A model generated the notes under the pieces. That model made no database searches. It was not told the origin of the DNA and saw only the letters and a list, made by a program, of their open reading frames with translations. Shown here one piece after another: positions 25,001 through 35,099 of a DNA stretch of 64,000 bases. A program made the translations under genes and the position numbers. Position 1 is the stretch's first letter. Every line of letters starts with the position of its first letter. The stretch lies in assembly GCA_027069135.1 (NCBI GenBank), contig JALXFE010000073.1:16629-80628 (forward strand), in the 5' to 3' direction. Source of the stretch: Thermoanaerobaculia bacterium. Its GTDB lineage: Bacteria > Acidobacteriota > Thermoanaerobaculia > Multivoradales > JAHZIX01.

Positions 25001-25490
25001 TGGACCGTAACCGTTGAATCGAAAGTCTTCATCCTCCTCGAAACATCCCGATAGGTCCACTTGTAGGGCTCGGCAGTCTTGTTGTGGCGGCGAATGAATT
25101 TCAGGATCTTTCGATCGAGATCCTTGACCGATTTGAAAGTTCCACGAGTGAGGACATTCCGCTTGAGCTTCGAGAACCAAATCTCGATCCGGTTGAGCCA
25201 GGAAGAATGGGTCGGTGTGTAGTGCATGTGGACATTAGAATTCTGCTCGAGAAAATCGCGAACTCTTTGTGTCTTGTGGGTCGAAAGATTGTCGGCGATC
25301 ACGTGAATCTCCTGTCCCTCAGGTTGATGGGCAACCAGTTCTTCGAGGAAGGCGATAGACTCTGCGCTGGTGTGGCGGCTCACTGTCTTGCCGCGCACCG
25401 TACCTGTCTGCACATCCAGCGCGGCGAGCAGCGACAACGTACCGTGGCGCTTGTACTCGAATCCATGGCGTTCAGAGCGAGGAGTCTTCG
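24997..25490 (-). mobile_element. IS630-family transposase remnant (C-terminal DDE part only)
   Basis: EYKRHGTLSLLAALDVQTG, IHVIADNLSTHK, HYTPTHSSWLNRIEIWF, FKSVKDL, PYKW. The reading frame ends in the TAG of a CTAG tetramer, the usual IS630 target/end. No N-terminal HTH and no left end were found. Confidence 0.88.
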
Positions 25491-25670
25491 AGCCGACTTG
25501 AGGCCAAGAAACCGCAGTCAATTCAGGGATTGTCAGGATTTGACAACGAAGATTCCCCAGGAAAGAACCCCTCGGAGCGCTGCTCGAGCCCTGCCACCGG
25601 CTGGTCGGGTAGAAAGAGGATTGGCGACGCGCGGTGTGTTTGCCTTTCAGGGGGTCCGGGGAGACTTCAA

Positions 25671-26564
25671 ATGAAACCGTTTGAAATTCACAAAGTCCAC
25701 TGGGAATCACATGATTTTTGGGACGATGATACTCATGGTGATCCCCTTAGCGTGGCCGATTCTGAAACTACCAGTGATGATCTTCGTGGTCTGGCTCTAT
25801 ATACCTGTCGTCTCCGCAAGAGAGATACAGCAGTTGAGGTTGCTTTCCGCCTTCTCGAGCCAGTTGTCGCTACGGCGGAGTCTCCCGACACAAGCATTCC
25901 TCAGTGGGCAGAAGAGGCGGTTGAAGTGATCGCATCGTTGGGCAGCCCGCAGGCGCACCAGAAGTTAGCCACGGCCGTCAAGAAGTCCCGGAGCTTGATG
26001 ATCGCAGCTGCGCTGAGACTTGGCATGCATGGCAGCCGGTATGCGGAGGAACTGTTACTTCGGACTGCTACCGCCGCTGGAGCGGAGCCGCTCCTCAGGT
26101 CCCGAGCCGCTGCGATGCTCCTGAACGGTTACGGCCGGAGGGAAGGCCTGTTGTCCTTGGCTCCCGGTTTGTCGAGCCTCTCGGAGAGCTCGTTCGGGGT
26201 TGCCTTCGACGCACTGGCTCAGGTGGATCCCCATCTCCGGAAAGAATGGTACCTCGAGCTTGTTGTGGAAGCCTTGGGCAGGCAGTCGATCCCGGACAGT
26301 CGAGCGCAGCTGGCTCTCCTGATGGCCCACTCGCCTCACTTGGGGGCGGTAGCGACACAGGTCCTACTTGACCTTCTCGAGGACCGGAGCCCGGCGGGCA
26401 TCCGGATGAGCCGCCGCCGGCTGCGTGGAGAGGTCAGGCACTTCGCGACTCTGGCACTTCTCAGCCACACAGAGGCTAAGAGCGCTGTATCTCTCGCTCG
26501 TTGGTGGAAGGTTCCCGGAGTCCGCACTCTTTTCCTGTGGCGGGCGAAACGTGTCGGGCAATAG
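25671..26564 (+). CDS. Hypothetical alpha-helical (HEAT/PBS-lyase-like) protein
   Basis: Repeated amphipathic helices (WAEEAVEVIASLG, AAALRLG, RSRAAAMLL, VAFDALAQV). Start taken at ATG 25671. Confidence 0.5.
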   Translation: MKPFEIHKVHWESHDFWDDDTHGDPLSVADSETTSDDLRGLALYTCRLRKRDTAVEVAFRLLEPVVATAESPDTSIPQWAEEAVEVIASLGSPQAHQKLATAVKKSRSLMIAAALRLGMHGSRYAEELLLRTATAAGAEPLLRSRAAAMLLNGYGRREGLLSLAPGLSSLSESSFGVAFDALAQVDPHLRKEWYLELVVEALGRQSIPDSRAQLALLMAHSPHLGAVATQVLLDLLEDRSPAGIRMSRRRLRGEVRHFATLALLSHTEAKSAVSLARWWKVPGVRTLFLWRAKRVGQ

Positions 26565-26831
26565 GTCAAGTAGCGGCCACGGCCGCGACGCCCTTCGGAG
26601 TCGTTGGCGGTCTGCGTGAAAACGCCGGTGGGGCAGGGGATTCTCCGGGAAGCGTGGTAGCTTTGGCGCTTCCGGTCGCCCGATCCGTCCTCGGATTGGG
26701 TCCATCCCAGGAGAGAGCTCAGAACTAAGAATGAACGAGCCTTGGGCCGGTGCCGACGGAGAGTGGCCCACGATAGCGGTGGGTCTCCTCCGGAGCCTTC
26801 GCCAACGAGCAGATCCTAAGAGGACCCCGGC

Positions 26832-28832
26832 ATGAGCCGCTACTACATTACGACCCCCATTTACTATGTCAACGACCGGCCCCACATCGGGCATATCTAC
26901 ACCACCGCGGTGACGGACACCCTGGCCCGATACCACCGGCTCGTGGGAGACAAGGTTTTCTTTCTCACCGGCACCGACGAGCACGCGACCAAGGTTCTGG
27001 ATTCAGCGACGGAGCACGGGATGACGGCCCTCGAGTGGGCGGATCGAAATGCGGCGGCGTTTCGGGACACCTTCGAGCGTCTAGGGTTCTCCCACGACGA
27101 TTTCGTGCGCACGACGGAGCAGCGCCACAAGGAACGGGTGCGTCATTATGTGAAGCAGCTGATCGAGAGTGGGGATGTCTACCTCGGGGAGTATGAAGGG
27201 TGGTACGACGCCGGTCAGGAAGAATACGTTCCGGAGGCCAAGGCGAAGGAATCCGATTACAAGAGCCCCATCAACGGCAAAGCCCTGGTGCGCAAGAAAG
27301 AGAAGAACTATTTCTTCCGCCTCAGCCGCTACGGAGACGAGCTTCAGGCTTTGCTCGAAGACGGCTCCCGATTCGAAGTCCGTCCCAAGGCCCGCAGCAA
27401 CGAGGTGCTCGGCAGAATCCGTGAGGGCTTGAACGACGTTCCGATGAGCCGTACCGGGGCCGGGGATTGGGGCATCAAAGTCCCGGGAGACGATGAGCAC
27501 ACCATCTACGTCTGGATCGACGCTCTATTCAACTATCTGAGCATCATGGATACCGAGGGCCGTCGGGCGTTCTGGCCACCTTCAGTCCAATTCATTGCCA
27601 AGGACATCCTGTGGTTCCACGCGGTGATCTGGCCGGCGTTGCTCCTGGCCCTTCGCAAGCTGCCCGGCAACGAGTGGATCGAGCTTCCCCGGTTGCTCTA
27701 CTGCCATAGCTTCTGGATCCGGGAAGGCCAGAAGATGAGCAAATCTTTGGGCAATTTCGTGGACCTAGAAGAGATCGACCGTTACGTCGAGACCTTCGGA
27801 CTGGACGGCCTGCGCTTCTTTCTGGCGAGCGATGGGCCCTTGGGGACCACGGATAGCGATTTTTCCCTGGAGCGCTTCATCGAGGTTTACAACAGCGAGC
27901 TGGCCAACACCTTGGGCAATTGCCTGAGCCGGGTGGTCAGCATGACCCACAGTTATTTCGGGGGAAAGCTGCCGGAGAAAGGGCCCCGGGTACCGAATAC
28001 CGAAGAGTACGACGGCACCGCGCAGCGTTGCCTCTCGACCTATCGGCGGGCCTTCGAACGTTCAGATCTCTCCGCCGCCGCTGCCGCCGCCATGGATTTG
28101 GTCAAAGCGGTGGACAGCTACATCGCCCGCACCAGCCCGTTCAAATTGGCCAAAGATGAGGAGCAGCGGCCGGTGGTGGGGAGCATTCTCTACAACTCTG
28201 CGGAAGCCCTTCGCATCGCCGCCGTCATGCTCTTGCCCCTCATTCCGGAGCGGGCCGGAGAGCTGCTTCGACGTCTCGGCTGCGGCACCTATGGGGAGGC
28301 CTTGGCGGATGGAGGGAGCGGAGATTTCGAAGAGTGGACGAAGTGGGGGCTCCTCGAGGCAGGTACCCAGATCGTCAAGGGTGCGGCGCTTTTTCCCCGC
28401 ATGGACAAGAAGCGGACCCTCACTCGATTCGGTGTCGGTGAGCCGGCTCCGGAGGAAGCGAAATCGAAATCGAAACCGCAACCCAAAGCAGAGCCGGAAC
28501 CTCCGGAAGAGATCGGTATCGAGCAATTCTTCGAAACCCAGCTCAAAGTGGGGCTGGTGCAGGCTGCCGAGAAGTTGCCGAAATCCTCGAAGCTTCTGAA
28601 GCTCACGGTGGACGTCGGTGAGGATTCCCCCCGTACCATCGTCGCGGGTCTCGCCAAGGCCTACACGCCGGAAGATCTGGTGGGCCGGCAGGTGGTCGTG
28701 GTCGCCAACCTCAAGCCCGCGAAACTCATGGGGGTTGAGTCCCAGGGCATGGTCCTAGCGGCGTCTCTCGACGGCAAGCCGGTGATCCTACGTCCGATCG
28801 ACACGGTGCCTCCCGGCACCCAGGTTCGCTGA
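26832..28832 (+). CDS. metG: Methionyl-tRNA synthetase with C-terminal tRNA-binding domain
   Basis: YITTPIYYVNDRPHIGH (HIGH), YVWIDAL, QKMSKSLGN (KMSKS), C-terminal OB fold LKVG..VANLKPAKLMGVESQGMVLAA. Confidence 0.98.
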   Translation: MSRYYITTPIYYVNDRPHIGHIYTTAVTDTLARYHRLVGDKVFFLTGTDEHATKVLDSATEHGMTALEWADRNAAAFRDTFERLGFSHDDFVRTTEQRHKERVRHYVKQLIESGDVYLGEYEGWYDAGQEEYVPEAKAKESDYKSPINGKALVRKKEKNYFFRLSRYGDELQALLEDGSRFEVRPKARSNEVLGRIREGLNDVPMSRTGAGDWGIKVPGDDEHTIYVWIDALFNYLSIMDTEGRRAFWPPSVQFIAKDILWFHAVIWPALLLALRKLPGNEWIELPRLLYCHSFWIREGQKMSKSLGNFVDLEEIDRYVETFGLDGLRFFLASDGPLGTTDSDFSLERFIEVYNSELANTLGNCLSRVVSMTHSYFGGKLPEKGPRVPNTEEYDGTAQRCLSTYRRAFERSDLSAAAAAAMDLVKAVDSYIARTSPFKLAKDEEQRPVVGSILYNSAEALRIAAVMLLPLIPERAGELLRRLGCGTYGEALADGGSGDFEEWTKWGLLEAGTQIVKGAALFPRMDKKRTLTRFGVGEPAPEEAKSKSKPQPKAEPEPPEEIGIEQFFETQLKVGLVQAAEKLPKSSKLLKLTVDVGEDSPRTIVAGLAKAYTPEDLVGRQVVVVANLKPAKLMGVESQGMVLAASLDGKPVILRPIDTVPPGTQVR

Positions 28833-28846
28833 GGTTCGGGCGTTTC

Positions 28847-29680
28847 ATGAGCAAGAAGAACCACATCCCCGGAGGCATAGAAGGCCTCGGCGGCGAGATC
28901 CTTATAGATTCCCATTGCCATCTTCAATCTCTAGATCAAGGGGAGCGTCTCGACGCCGTCGAGGCGGCTCGGGAACGGGGGGTGCAGGGGTTTCTGATCC
29001 CTGGAATTGAGCTCGACGAGGCGGATGACATCCTCGCCTTATGCCACTCCCAGAAGGGAATCTGGTGTGCCCTGGGCGTCCATCCCCACCAGGCCAAGGG
29101 CTGGACGGGAGCATCTGCGGCTCGCCTGGAATCGTATCTGGACGACCCCAAGGTGGTGGCGGTGGGGGAGTGCGGCCTCGATTTCTTCTACGACCACGCG
29201 CCGCGATCGGTGCAGGAAGAAGCCCTGCGCACCCAATGGCATATCGCTCAGGAGCGGGATCTTCCCGTGGTGGTCCACAATCGGGACAGCAACGAGGAGA
29301 TGTTGGAGGTCCTCGCGAGCGGTGAGTTCAAGAATCTCAAGGCCGATTTTCACTCCTTCGCCGGCGGCTTGGAGATGGCCCAGGAGCTCATCCGCCGGAA
29401 CTTCTACCTCGGCTTTACCGGCATGGTGACCTTCAACCGAGCCGACAACGTCCGGGAGGTTCTGCCGCAGCTTCCCAAGAAACGGGCGCTCGTCGAAACC
29501 GACACCCCGTACCTGGCCCCGGTCCCCTACCGTGGCCAGCCCAACCGCCCCGCTTACGTCTATGAAGTCGCCCAGCGGGTAGCCCAGGAGTGGGAGATGT
29601 CCCTACCGGACCTCGCTCGCCTGACCTCCGAGAATTTCTTCCGTTGCTTCCCGAAAGCAGCGAGCTCGGTCTCGGGCTGA
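28847..29680 (+). CDS. TatD-family hydrolase/DNase
   Basis: IDSHCHL, ALGVHPH, AVGECGLD, VVVHNRD, HSFAG, VETDTPYLAPVPYRG. Confidence 0.95.
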   Translation: MSKKNHIPGGIEGLGGEILIDSHCHLQSLDQGERLDAVEAARERGVQGFLIPGIELDEADDILALCHSQKGIWCALGVHPHQAKGWTGASAARLESYLDDPKVVAVGECGLDFFYDHAPRSVQEEALRTQWHIAQERDLPVVVHNRDSNEEMLEVLASGEFKNLKADFHSFAGGLEMAQELIRRNFYLGFTGMVTFNRADNVREVLPQLPKKRALVETDTPYLAPVPYRGQPNRPAYVYEVAQRVAQEWEMSLPDLARLTSENFFRCFPKAASSVSG

Positions 29681-29728
29681 GAACCTACCGTGCGTCGCCG
29701 GTCTCGCAGCCCGAGAGTCTAGGAACTC

Positions 29729-30787
29729 TCAGGGCGTTCCTGCCTCGAGGCCCAGGGTCTTCCGGATAGGCTTCTTGCGGACCTTCCAGATGAGGCCATC
29801 GACCACATAGTGGTGGAAGTTGATGGTCTGGTAGGCGATGAGGAAGAGGGGGAGGGTGGAGCGGCTCTTGAGGACCACGAGGACCTGGTCCAGGCCGAAG
29901 TAGGCGACGGTGGACAGACCCAGGCAGGTGAGGAAATACCATGGCCAATTGCGCCGCTGACTGAGAGCCGACAACAGCCGGGCCTTGGGCTCGATGCCCT
30001 TCTTGAAGCGGCTGGCGTTGAAATGCCAGACAAAGAGAATGTATTGGGCGTTGTGCCAGACGTTGGCCACCAACCAACCGTGGTTGAGGTCGGCGATCAC
30101 CACGTAGCCCACAGTGAAGATCAGCAGGTGGCTGAGCAGGAATAGGCTATGGCCCTGGACCGCCTCGCCCCGGCTCAAAGAACGAACCCACTGAGAGAGC
30201 CACCACAGGGTGAGGGCCGCTGCTAGGGCCCCGGAAGCCGCGACCATCCACCCGGCGACGGGCAAGGTCTTGAGCTCGATGCCGAGGAAGGTCTCCGGTG
30301 ACTGGTAGCTGCGATAGAGGATGCCCCACAGCGGCACGGCGTAGAGCAACCAGCGGGTGGGCCGCTCAGCGCCGGGAACACTGCCGCCGGCCCGTCGGCG
30401 ATAGACCCTCTCGATGCCATAGCTCTGGCGGGTGTAGTGGAACCACTGCCAGTAGAGGTAGGTGGTCGATAGGATCCAGCCGCCGAAAACCGCTACGGCA
30501 CCGAGGACGGCGCCGAGTACCAGAATGGGCAATCCCAGCACAAGAAAGCGATGGGTGGTAAAGCTCTCGCGATCGAAGGCCAGCCGGGTGAAGGTCGAGA
30601 CCACGTGGTGGTAGCCCAACAACCAGAGATCTAGAAAGAGCAACACCGGAAACAACGCCGGCTGTGCTACAGCGAGCCCGCCGGAGGCCAGGGCCAAGAC
30701 TGCCACCCCGATGATCAGGGTCAAGTCATAGCTTGGGCTGCGCAGCCAGCCGCGGGGATTGCTGAGGGCGAGTTCGGTAGTCGTCAT
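29729..30787 (-). CDS. Multi-pass membrane protein with several His motifs, function unknown
   Basis: About 9 hydrophobic segments; GYHHVVST, QWFHYTRQ, NVWHNAQY, NFHHYVVDG. Start taken at ATG 30787. Confidence 0.7.
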   Translation of the reverse strand: MTTTELALSNPRGWLRSPSYDLTLIIGVAVLALASGGLAVAQPALFPVLLFLDLWLLGYHHVVSTFTRLAFDRESFTTHRFLVLGLPILVLGAVLGAVAVFGGWILSTTYLYWQWFHYTRQSYGIERVYRRRAGGSVPGAERPTRWLLYAVPLWGILYRSYQSPETFLGIELKTLPVAGWMVAASGALAAALTLWWLSQWVRSLSRGEAVQGHSLFLLSHLLIFTVGYVVIADLNHGWLVANVWHNAQYILFVWHFNASRFKKGIEPKARLLSALSQRRNWPWYFLTCLGLSTVAYFGLDQVLVVLKSRSTLPLFLIAYQTINFHHYVVDGLIWKVRKKPIRKTLGLEAGTP

Positions 30788-30869
30788 CGTCGGATCCGAA
30801 GGAGGGTGCGGGCATCCTAGCATGGTGAAGGACCGGCGAACCAGAGGCGGTGTAGGATGCGCCCTGGCC

Positions 30870-32069
30870 ATGAATCGCCCACCCGCATCCTCAACCGCGG
30901 ACCGAGTCCGCGACTATCTCTCGATCGCCCGTGTTCCTTCGGCTTTGCCGGTGTTGGACGGACTCCGAGCGTTGGCGATTCTCATGGTCCTGGCGCGGCA
31001 CGGGGTACGAGTGGTCAGCCGGCGGGGTGGGCCGGTGTTGCCGTTGGGCGCCTGGGACGGGGCGGCAGCATTTTTCAACGGGTGGGCCGGGGTGGACCTT
31101 TTCTTCGTCTTGTCGGGGTTCCTCATCACCTACCACCTGAGCCGACGTTGGCGTCCGGGGGCGGCCCGCGCGTCGCTCAAACAATATCTGCTGAAGCGGA
31201 TCCTGCGGATATTTCCGGCCTACTACGCCTTCCTACTCTTCGTCGTCCTGGTGGGTGTTCCGGGGTTTTCCGTCGATCCTGAAAACCTCGGTTGGCGGGT
31301 CGGGTACCACCTGCTTTACCTGCAGGACTACCTGGACTCGAACATCGTGGTCGCCTTTTGGTCCCTGGGGCTGGAGGAGAAGTTCTATCTCTTGGCCCCC
31401 TTGCTGGTGGTTCCTTTTCTCGGGGGCGCTCACCGGCGGCTGCGGGGAGGTGTGCTTCTGGCCTTGGTGGCCTTGCCCGCCGTCTTCAGGTTCGTCGGAT
31501 ACCTGGGGGAGCCCGGAGCCGCGACCTATGGGGTCTATTTCGAGACCCTGCGCAGCCCTTTCCATATGAGTTTCGAAGGATTCGTCATCGGGAGCGCCTG
31601 TGCCTTCTTCTTTTTGGAACGGGAGGAGTGGGGGGAGCAGATGCGGCGGCGGCGGGGATTGCAGCTGCAGATCCTGGGGATGGCGCTATTACTCCTGCTC
31701 CTGCTGCCGGCTCCGCTGGTCGAGAACGTGAGTCTCGTCGAAGCCACCCTGGTGGGCACCCTCCTGGCCCTGGGCTTCGGAGCCACGATGCTGGGATTGC
31801 TGTTGACGTCGACCCGACTCAAGTCCTGGTTGGAGTCGAGGCGGTGGCTCTTTTTCTCCCGCATTTCCTACTCCCTGTACCTGGTCCACCTGACCCTGAC
31901 AGAGGTCACCTACCAGAGCTTGGACCGACTCCTGGGACTCTCCGGGCTGAGCGCGGCGGCCCAACTCGGCATCTACCTGCCGGTTTTCTGCGGGGTGTCG
32001 ACGGCAGCGGCTCTGGCCCTTCACTACCTGGTGGAAAAGCCGTTCTTGCGACTCAAGGAGCGACTTTAG
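30870..32069 (+). CDS. Acyltransferase-3 (OafA-like) membrane O-acyltransferase
   Basis: LDGLRALAILMV, GVDLFFVLSGFLI, KRILRIFPAYY, FWSLGLEEKFY, SYSLYLVH, HYLVEKPF. Start taken at ATG 30870. Confidence 0.93.
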   Translation: MNRPPASSTADRVRDYLSIARVPSALPVLDGLRALAILMVLARHGVRVVSRRGGPVLPLGAWDGAAAFFNGWAGVDLFFVLSGFLITYHLSRRWRPGAARASLKQYLLKRILRIFPAYYAFLLFVVLVGVPGFSVDPENLGWRVGYHLLYLQDYLDSNIVVAFWSLGLEEKFYLLAPLLVVPFLGGAHRRLRGGVLLALVALPAVFRFVGYLGEPGAATYGVYFETLRSPFHMSFEGFVIGSACAFFFLEREEWGEQMRRRRGLQLQILGMALLLLLLLPAPLVENVSLVEATLVGTLLALGFGATMLGLLLTSTRLKSWLESRRWLFFSRISYSLYLVHLTLTEVTYQSLDRLLGLSGLSAAAQLGIYLPVFCGVSTAAALALHYLVEKPFLRLKERL

Positions 32070-32078
32070 CCGGGAATA

Positions 32079-32834
32079 TCAGACTGGGTTGGGGACGTCG
32101 ATGAATTTGACGTCGAGGCCGAAGGTCTCCACCAGGTGATCGCCCAGGGCTTTGATGCCGCAGCGCTCCGTGGCGTAGTGGCCGCAGGCGAGAAAATGAA
32201 TGCCTCCCTCGCGGGCGACGTTCATCACGATCTCGGTGGATTCTCCGGAGATGAAGGCGTCATAGCCTTCGTCTAAGGCTCGTTGGATCTCCTTGGGCGC
32301 TCCGCCGCTGACCAGGGCCACGGAGCGGATGGGATCCGGGCCGTGAAGAAAGGTCAAGGCCTCTTGGCCGTAGAAGGCTTCCGCTCGGCGGACGAGCTCC
32401 TCGGGGGAGATCGGTTCCGCGAAGGTCCCGCCGAAGCCCACCGAGTGGCCTTCGTGGAAGGCGAAGGGGACGAGTTCTCCGAGGCCCAAGGCCTTAGCCG
32501 CGATGGCGTTGTTGCCTAAGGTGTCGTGGCGATCCAGGGGAAGGTGGTAGGCCAGGAGGTTGATGCCCTCCCGGATGAGTGTGGCGACGCGGCGGTAGTG
32601 TAGCCCGGTGAGAGGGTAGGGCATACCGAACCAGAAGAGCCCGTGGTGGACGATGACCGCGTCAGCACCGGCCTGCCGGGCACGCTCGAAGAGCTCCTGG
32701 CAGGCCGATACACCGGTGACGACTTTGCGAATCTCAGACCGCCCTTCCACCTGGAGGCCGTTGGGGCAGTAATCTGCCCCAACCCTTGCCTGCAGGGTCT
32801 CATCCAGATATCGGAGGAGGCGAGAGCGGTCCAT
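32079..32834 (-). CDS. Nif3-like dinuclear metal centre protein (YbgI family)
   Basis: DYCPNGLQVEG, VTGVSA, IVHHGLFW, YHLPLDRH, GHYATERCG, FIDVPNPV. Confidence 0.93.
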   Translation of the reverse strand: MDRSRLLRYLDETLQARVGADYCPNGLQVEGRSEIRKVVTGVSACQELFERARQAGADAVIVHHGLFWFGMPYPLTGLHYRRVATLIREGINLLAYHLPLDRHDTLGNNAIAAKALGLGELVPFAFHEGHSVGFGGTFAEPISPEELVRRAEAFYGQEALTFLHGPDPIRSVALVSGGAPKEIQRALDEGYDAFISGESTEIVMNVAREGGIHFLACGHYATERCGIKALGDHLVETFGLDVKFIDVPNPV

Positions 32835-32846
32835 CAGGGAAGAGGC

Positions 32847-35099
32847 CTAGCGGCGACCGCCGCGACCCCCCCGGCTGGGTCCGCGGCCACGACCGCCCCG
32901 GTCACCGCCGCGCCCCCGGCCTCCACGGTCACCGCCTCGGTCGTTGCGGGGACCACGATCCCGGGAGGGCTCCGGAGCGCCCATGCCTTCGTAGTCGGCC
33001 GGATTGTAGTCCGGGGACTCCATGATTACGGCCTTGCGGGAGAGGCGGATCTTGCCACTGTCCGGATCCATGTCGATGACCTTGACGGTGATCTCCTCGC
33101 CCTCCTGGCAGATATCCTCGACCTGGCCGACCCGGTACGGGGCGAGCTCACTGATGTGGCACAGACCCTCGGTGCCCGGCATGATCTCGACGAAAGCGCC
33201 GAAGCCTTCCACCCGAGTCACCTTACCCGTGTAGACGGCGTCGATCTCCGGCTCCGCCGTGAGGCTCTCGATGATCTCGATGGCCCGCTGGGCCGCCGGC
33301 TTGTCCGGCGAGGCGATGATGACGTTGCCGTTGTTCTCGATCTCGATGTCGCACCCGGTCTCTTCGATGATCGACCGAATGGTCTTGCCACCGGGGCCGA
33401 TAACGTTGCGGATCTTGTCCTTGGCGATCTCCAAGGTGTAGAGCCGCGGAGCGTATTGGGACAGCTCCTCGTTCGGGGCCGCGATGTGCTGCTCCATGAT
33501 GTCGAGAATATGCATCCGGCCGATCTTGGCCTGAGCCAGAGCGGTGCCCATGATCTCCGGGCTCACGCCGGCAATCTTGATGTCCATCTGGAGGGCGGTG
33601 ATGCCGTCGCGGGTACCGGCGACCTTGAAGTCCATGTCCCCATGGTGATCTTCCTGGCCGGCGATATCACTCAACACGGCATAGTCGTCACCGACCTTGA
33701 TCAATCCCATGGCCACTCCGGCTACCGGCGCCCGCATGGGGACACCGGCGTCGAAGAGGGCTAGGGATGCACCGCATACCGTCGCCATGGAGGAGGAACC
33801 GTTGGATTCCATGATGTCCGAGACCACCCGTACGGTGTAGGCGAAGTCGTCCTCGTGGGGAAGCATGGGGGCCAAGGCTCGGCGGGCGAGCACGCCGTGG
33901 CCGATCTCTCGGCGACCGGGGCCTCTCAAGAAGCGGACCTCACCGACGGAGAAGGGGGGAAAGTTGTAGTGCAGGAGGAATTTCTGGAGGCTCTCGCCTT
34001 CATATTCTTCGATGATCTGAGCGTCCCGGCGGGTGCCGAGGGTCGCGGTCACCAAGGCCTGGGTTTCTCCCCGGGTGAAGAGAGCAGACCCGTGGGTGCG
34101 CGGCAGCAGGCCGGTCTCGACGGAAATATCGCGGATTTCCGAGAGACGACGGCTGTCGAAGCGGATCTGCTCCTTGAGCACGACCTCTCGTAGGATCTCG
34201 TCTTCCAGCGTGTCGAAAATCTTCTTGACCTTCCCCGGGGTCTCCTCGTCGTCTTCCGGGAGGGTGGCGAGGTAGGCCTTCTGAACCACCTTGCAGGCCG
34301 CCTTGCGAGCGAACTTTTCCTTGGTAAAGAGCGCCTTCTTGAAGTCGTCGTAGACAGCCTTCTTGACGGTCTCGAAAAGCTCTGCACTGTAGGGCTCCGG
34401 AGTTTCCCAGACGGGCTTCTGGAGGTTGCTGCGGCGGAACAGCTCGTGTTGGGAATGGATGATCGTCCGGATCACCTCGTGGGCCTTGAAGATACAGTCG
34501 AGGATGACATCTTCGGAAACTTCGTTGGCCGCTGCTTCGACCATGGCGACGGCTTCTTCGGTGCCGACCACCACGAGGTCCAGATCGGACACGTCCCGCT
34601 GGCTGTTGGTGGGATTGAAGATGACATCACCTTCGATGAGACCGACTCGGACTGCACCGATGGGGTTGTAGAAGGGGATCTCAGAAAGCACCAGGGCGGT
34701 CGAAGCGCCGTTGATGGCGAGAATGTCGGTGTCGTTTTCTCCGTCGGCGGAGAGAACGAAGGAGATGATCTGGGTCTCCGAGAAGTAACCCTCGGGAAAG
34801 AGCGGACGCAAGGGCCGGTCGATGAGCCGGCAGGTGATGGTTTCCTTCTCGCTGGGACGGCCCTCGCGCTTGAAGAAACCGCCGGGAATTCTGCCGGCGG
34901 CGGAGCTGTACTCGCGGTAATCGACCGTCAGTGGGAGGAAACCTCGGGGAGTCGCCTCACCCTTGGCCATGGTGGCCGTCGTCAGGACGATGGTGTCTCC
35001 GATTCGAATCGTGCAGGAACCGTCGGCTTGCCGAGCGATTTTGCCGGACTCGATGACCATTACGTCGTCGCCGATGGCGATCTCTTTCATCAATTTCAT
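32847..35099 (-). CDS. pnp: Polyribonucleotide nucleotidyltransferase (PNPase)
   Basis: [69 protein letters not shown]; KH and S1 domains; RGG-rich tail. Confidence 0.99.
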   Translation of the reverse strand: MKLMKEIAIGDDVMVIESGKIARQADGSCTIRIGDTIVLTTATMAKGEATPRGFLPLTVDYREYSSAAGRIPGGFFKREGRPSEKETITCRLIDRPLRPLFPEGYFSETQIISFVLSADGENDTDILAINGASTALVLSEIPFYNPIGAVRVGLIEGDVIFNPTNSQRDVSDLDLVVVGTEEAVAMVEAAANEVSEDVILDCIFKAHEVIRTIIHSQHELFRRSNLQKPVWETPEPYSAELFETVKKAVYDDFKKALFTKEKFARKAACKVVQKAYLATLPEDDEETPGKVKKIFDTLEDEILREVVLKEQIRFDSRRLSEIRDISVETGLLPRTHGSALFTRGETQALVTATLGTRRDAQIIEEYEGESLQKFLLHYNFPPFSVGEVRFLRGPGRREIGHGVLARRALAPMLPHEDDFAYTVRVVSDIMESNGSSSMATVCGASLALFDAGVPMRAPVAGVAMGLIKVGDDYAVLSDIAGQEDHHGDMDFKVAGTRDGITALQMDIKIAGVSPEIMGTALAQAKIGRMHILDIMEQHIAAPNEELSQYAPRLYTLEIAKDKIRNVIGPGGKTIRSIIEETGCDIEIENNGNVIIASPDKPAAQRAIEIIESLTAEPEIDAVYTGKVTRVEGFGAFVEIMPGTEGLCHISELAPYRVGQVEDICQEGEEITVKVIDMDPDSGKIRLSRKAVIMESPDYNPADYEGMGAPEPSRDRGPRNDRGGDRGGRGRGGDRGGRGRGPSRGGRGGRR

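Noticed and set aside
26364-26984. 206-aa minus-strand ORF overlapping the start of metG
   Set aside because: Antisense shadow of metG and the HEAT-like gene; no independent coding signature.
32643-33764. Long antisense ORFs opposite pnp, infB (38808..39941), the AGCS gene (17711..18895), the sigma-54 regulator (45477..46613) and the fusion gene (11084..11971)
   Set aside because: Expected shadow frames of GC-rich coding sequence; fully overlapping confidently identified genes.
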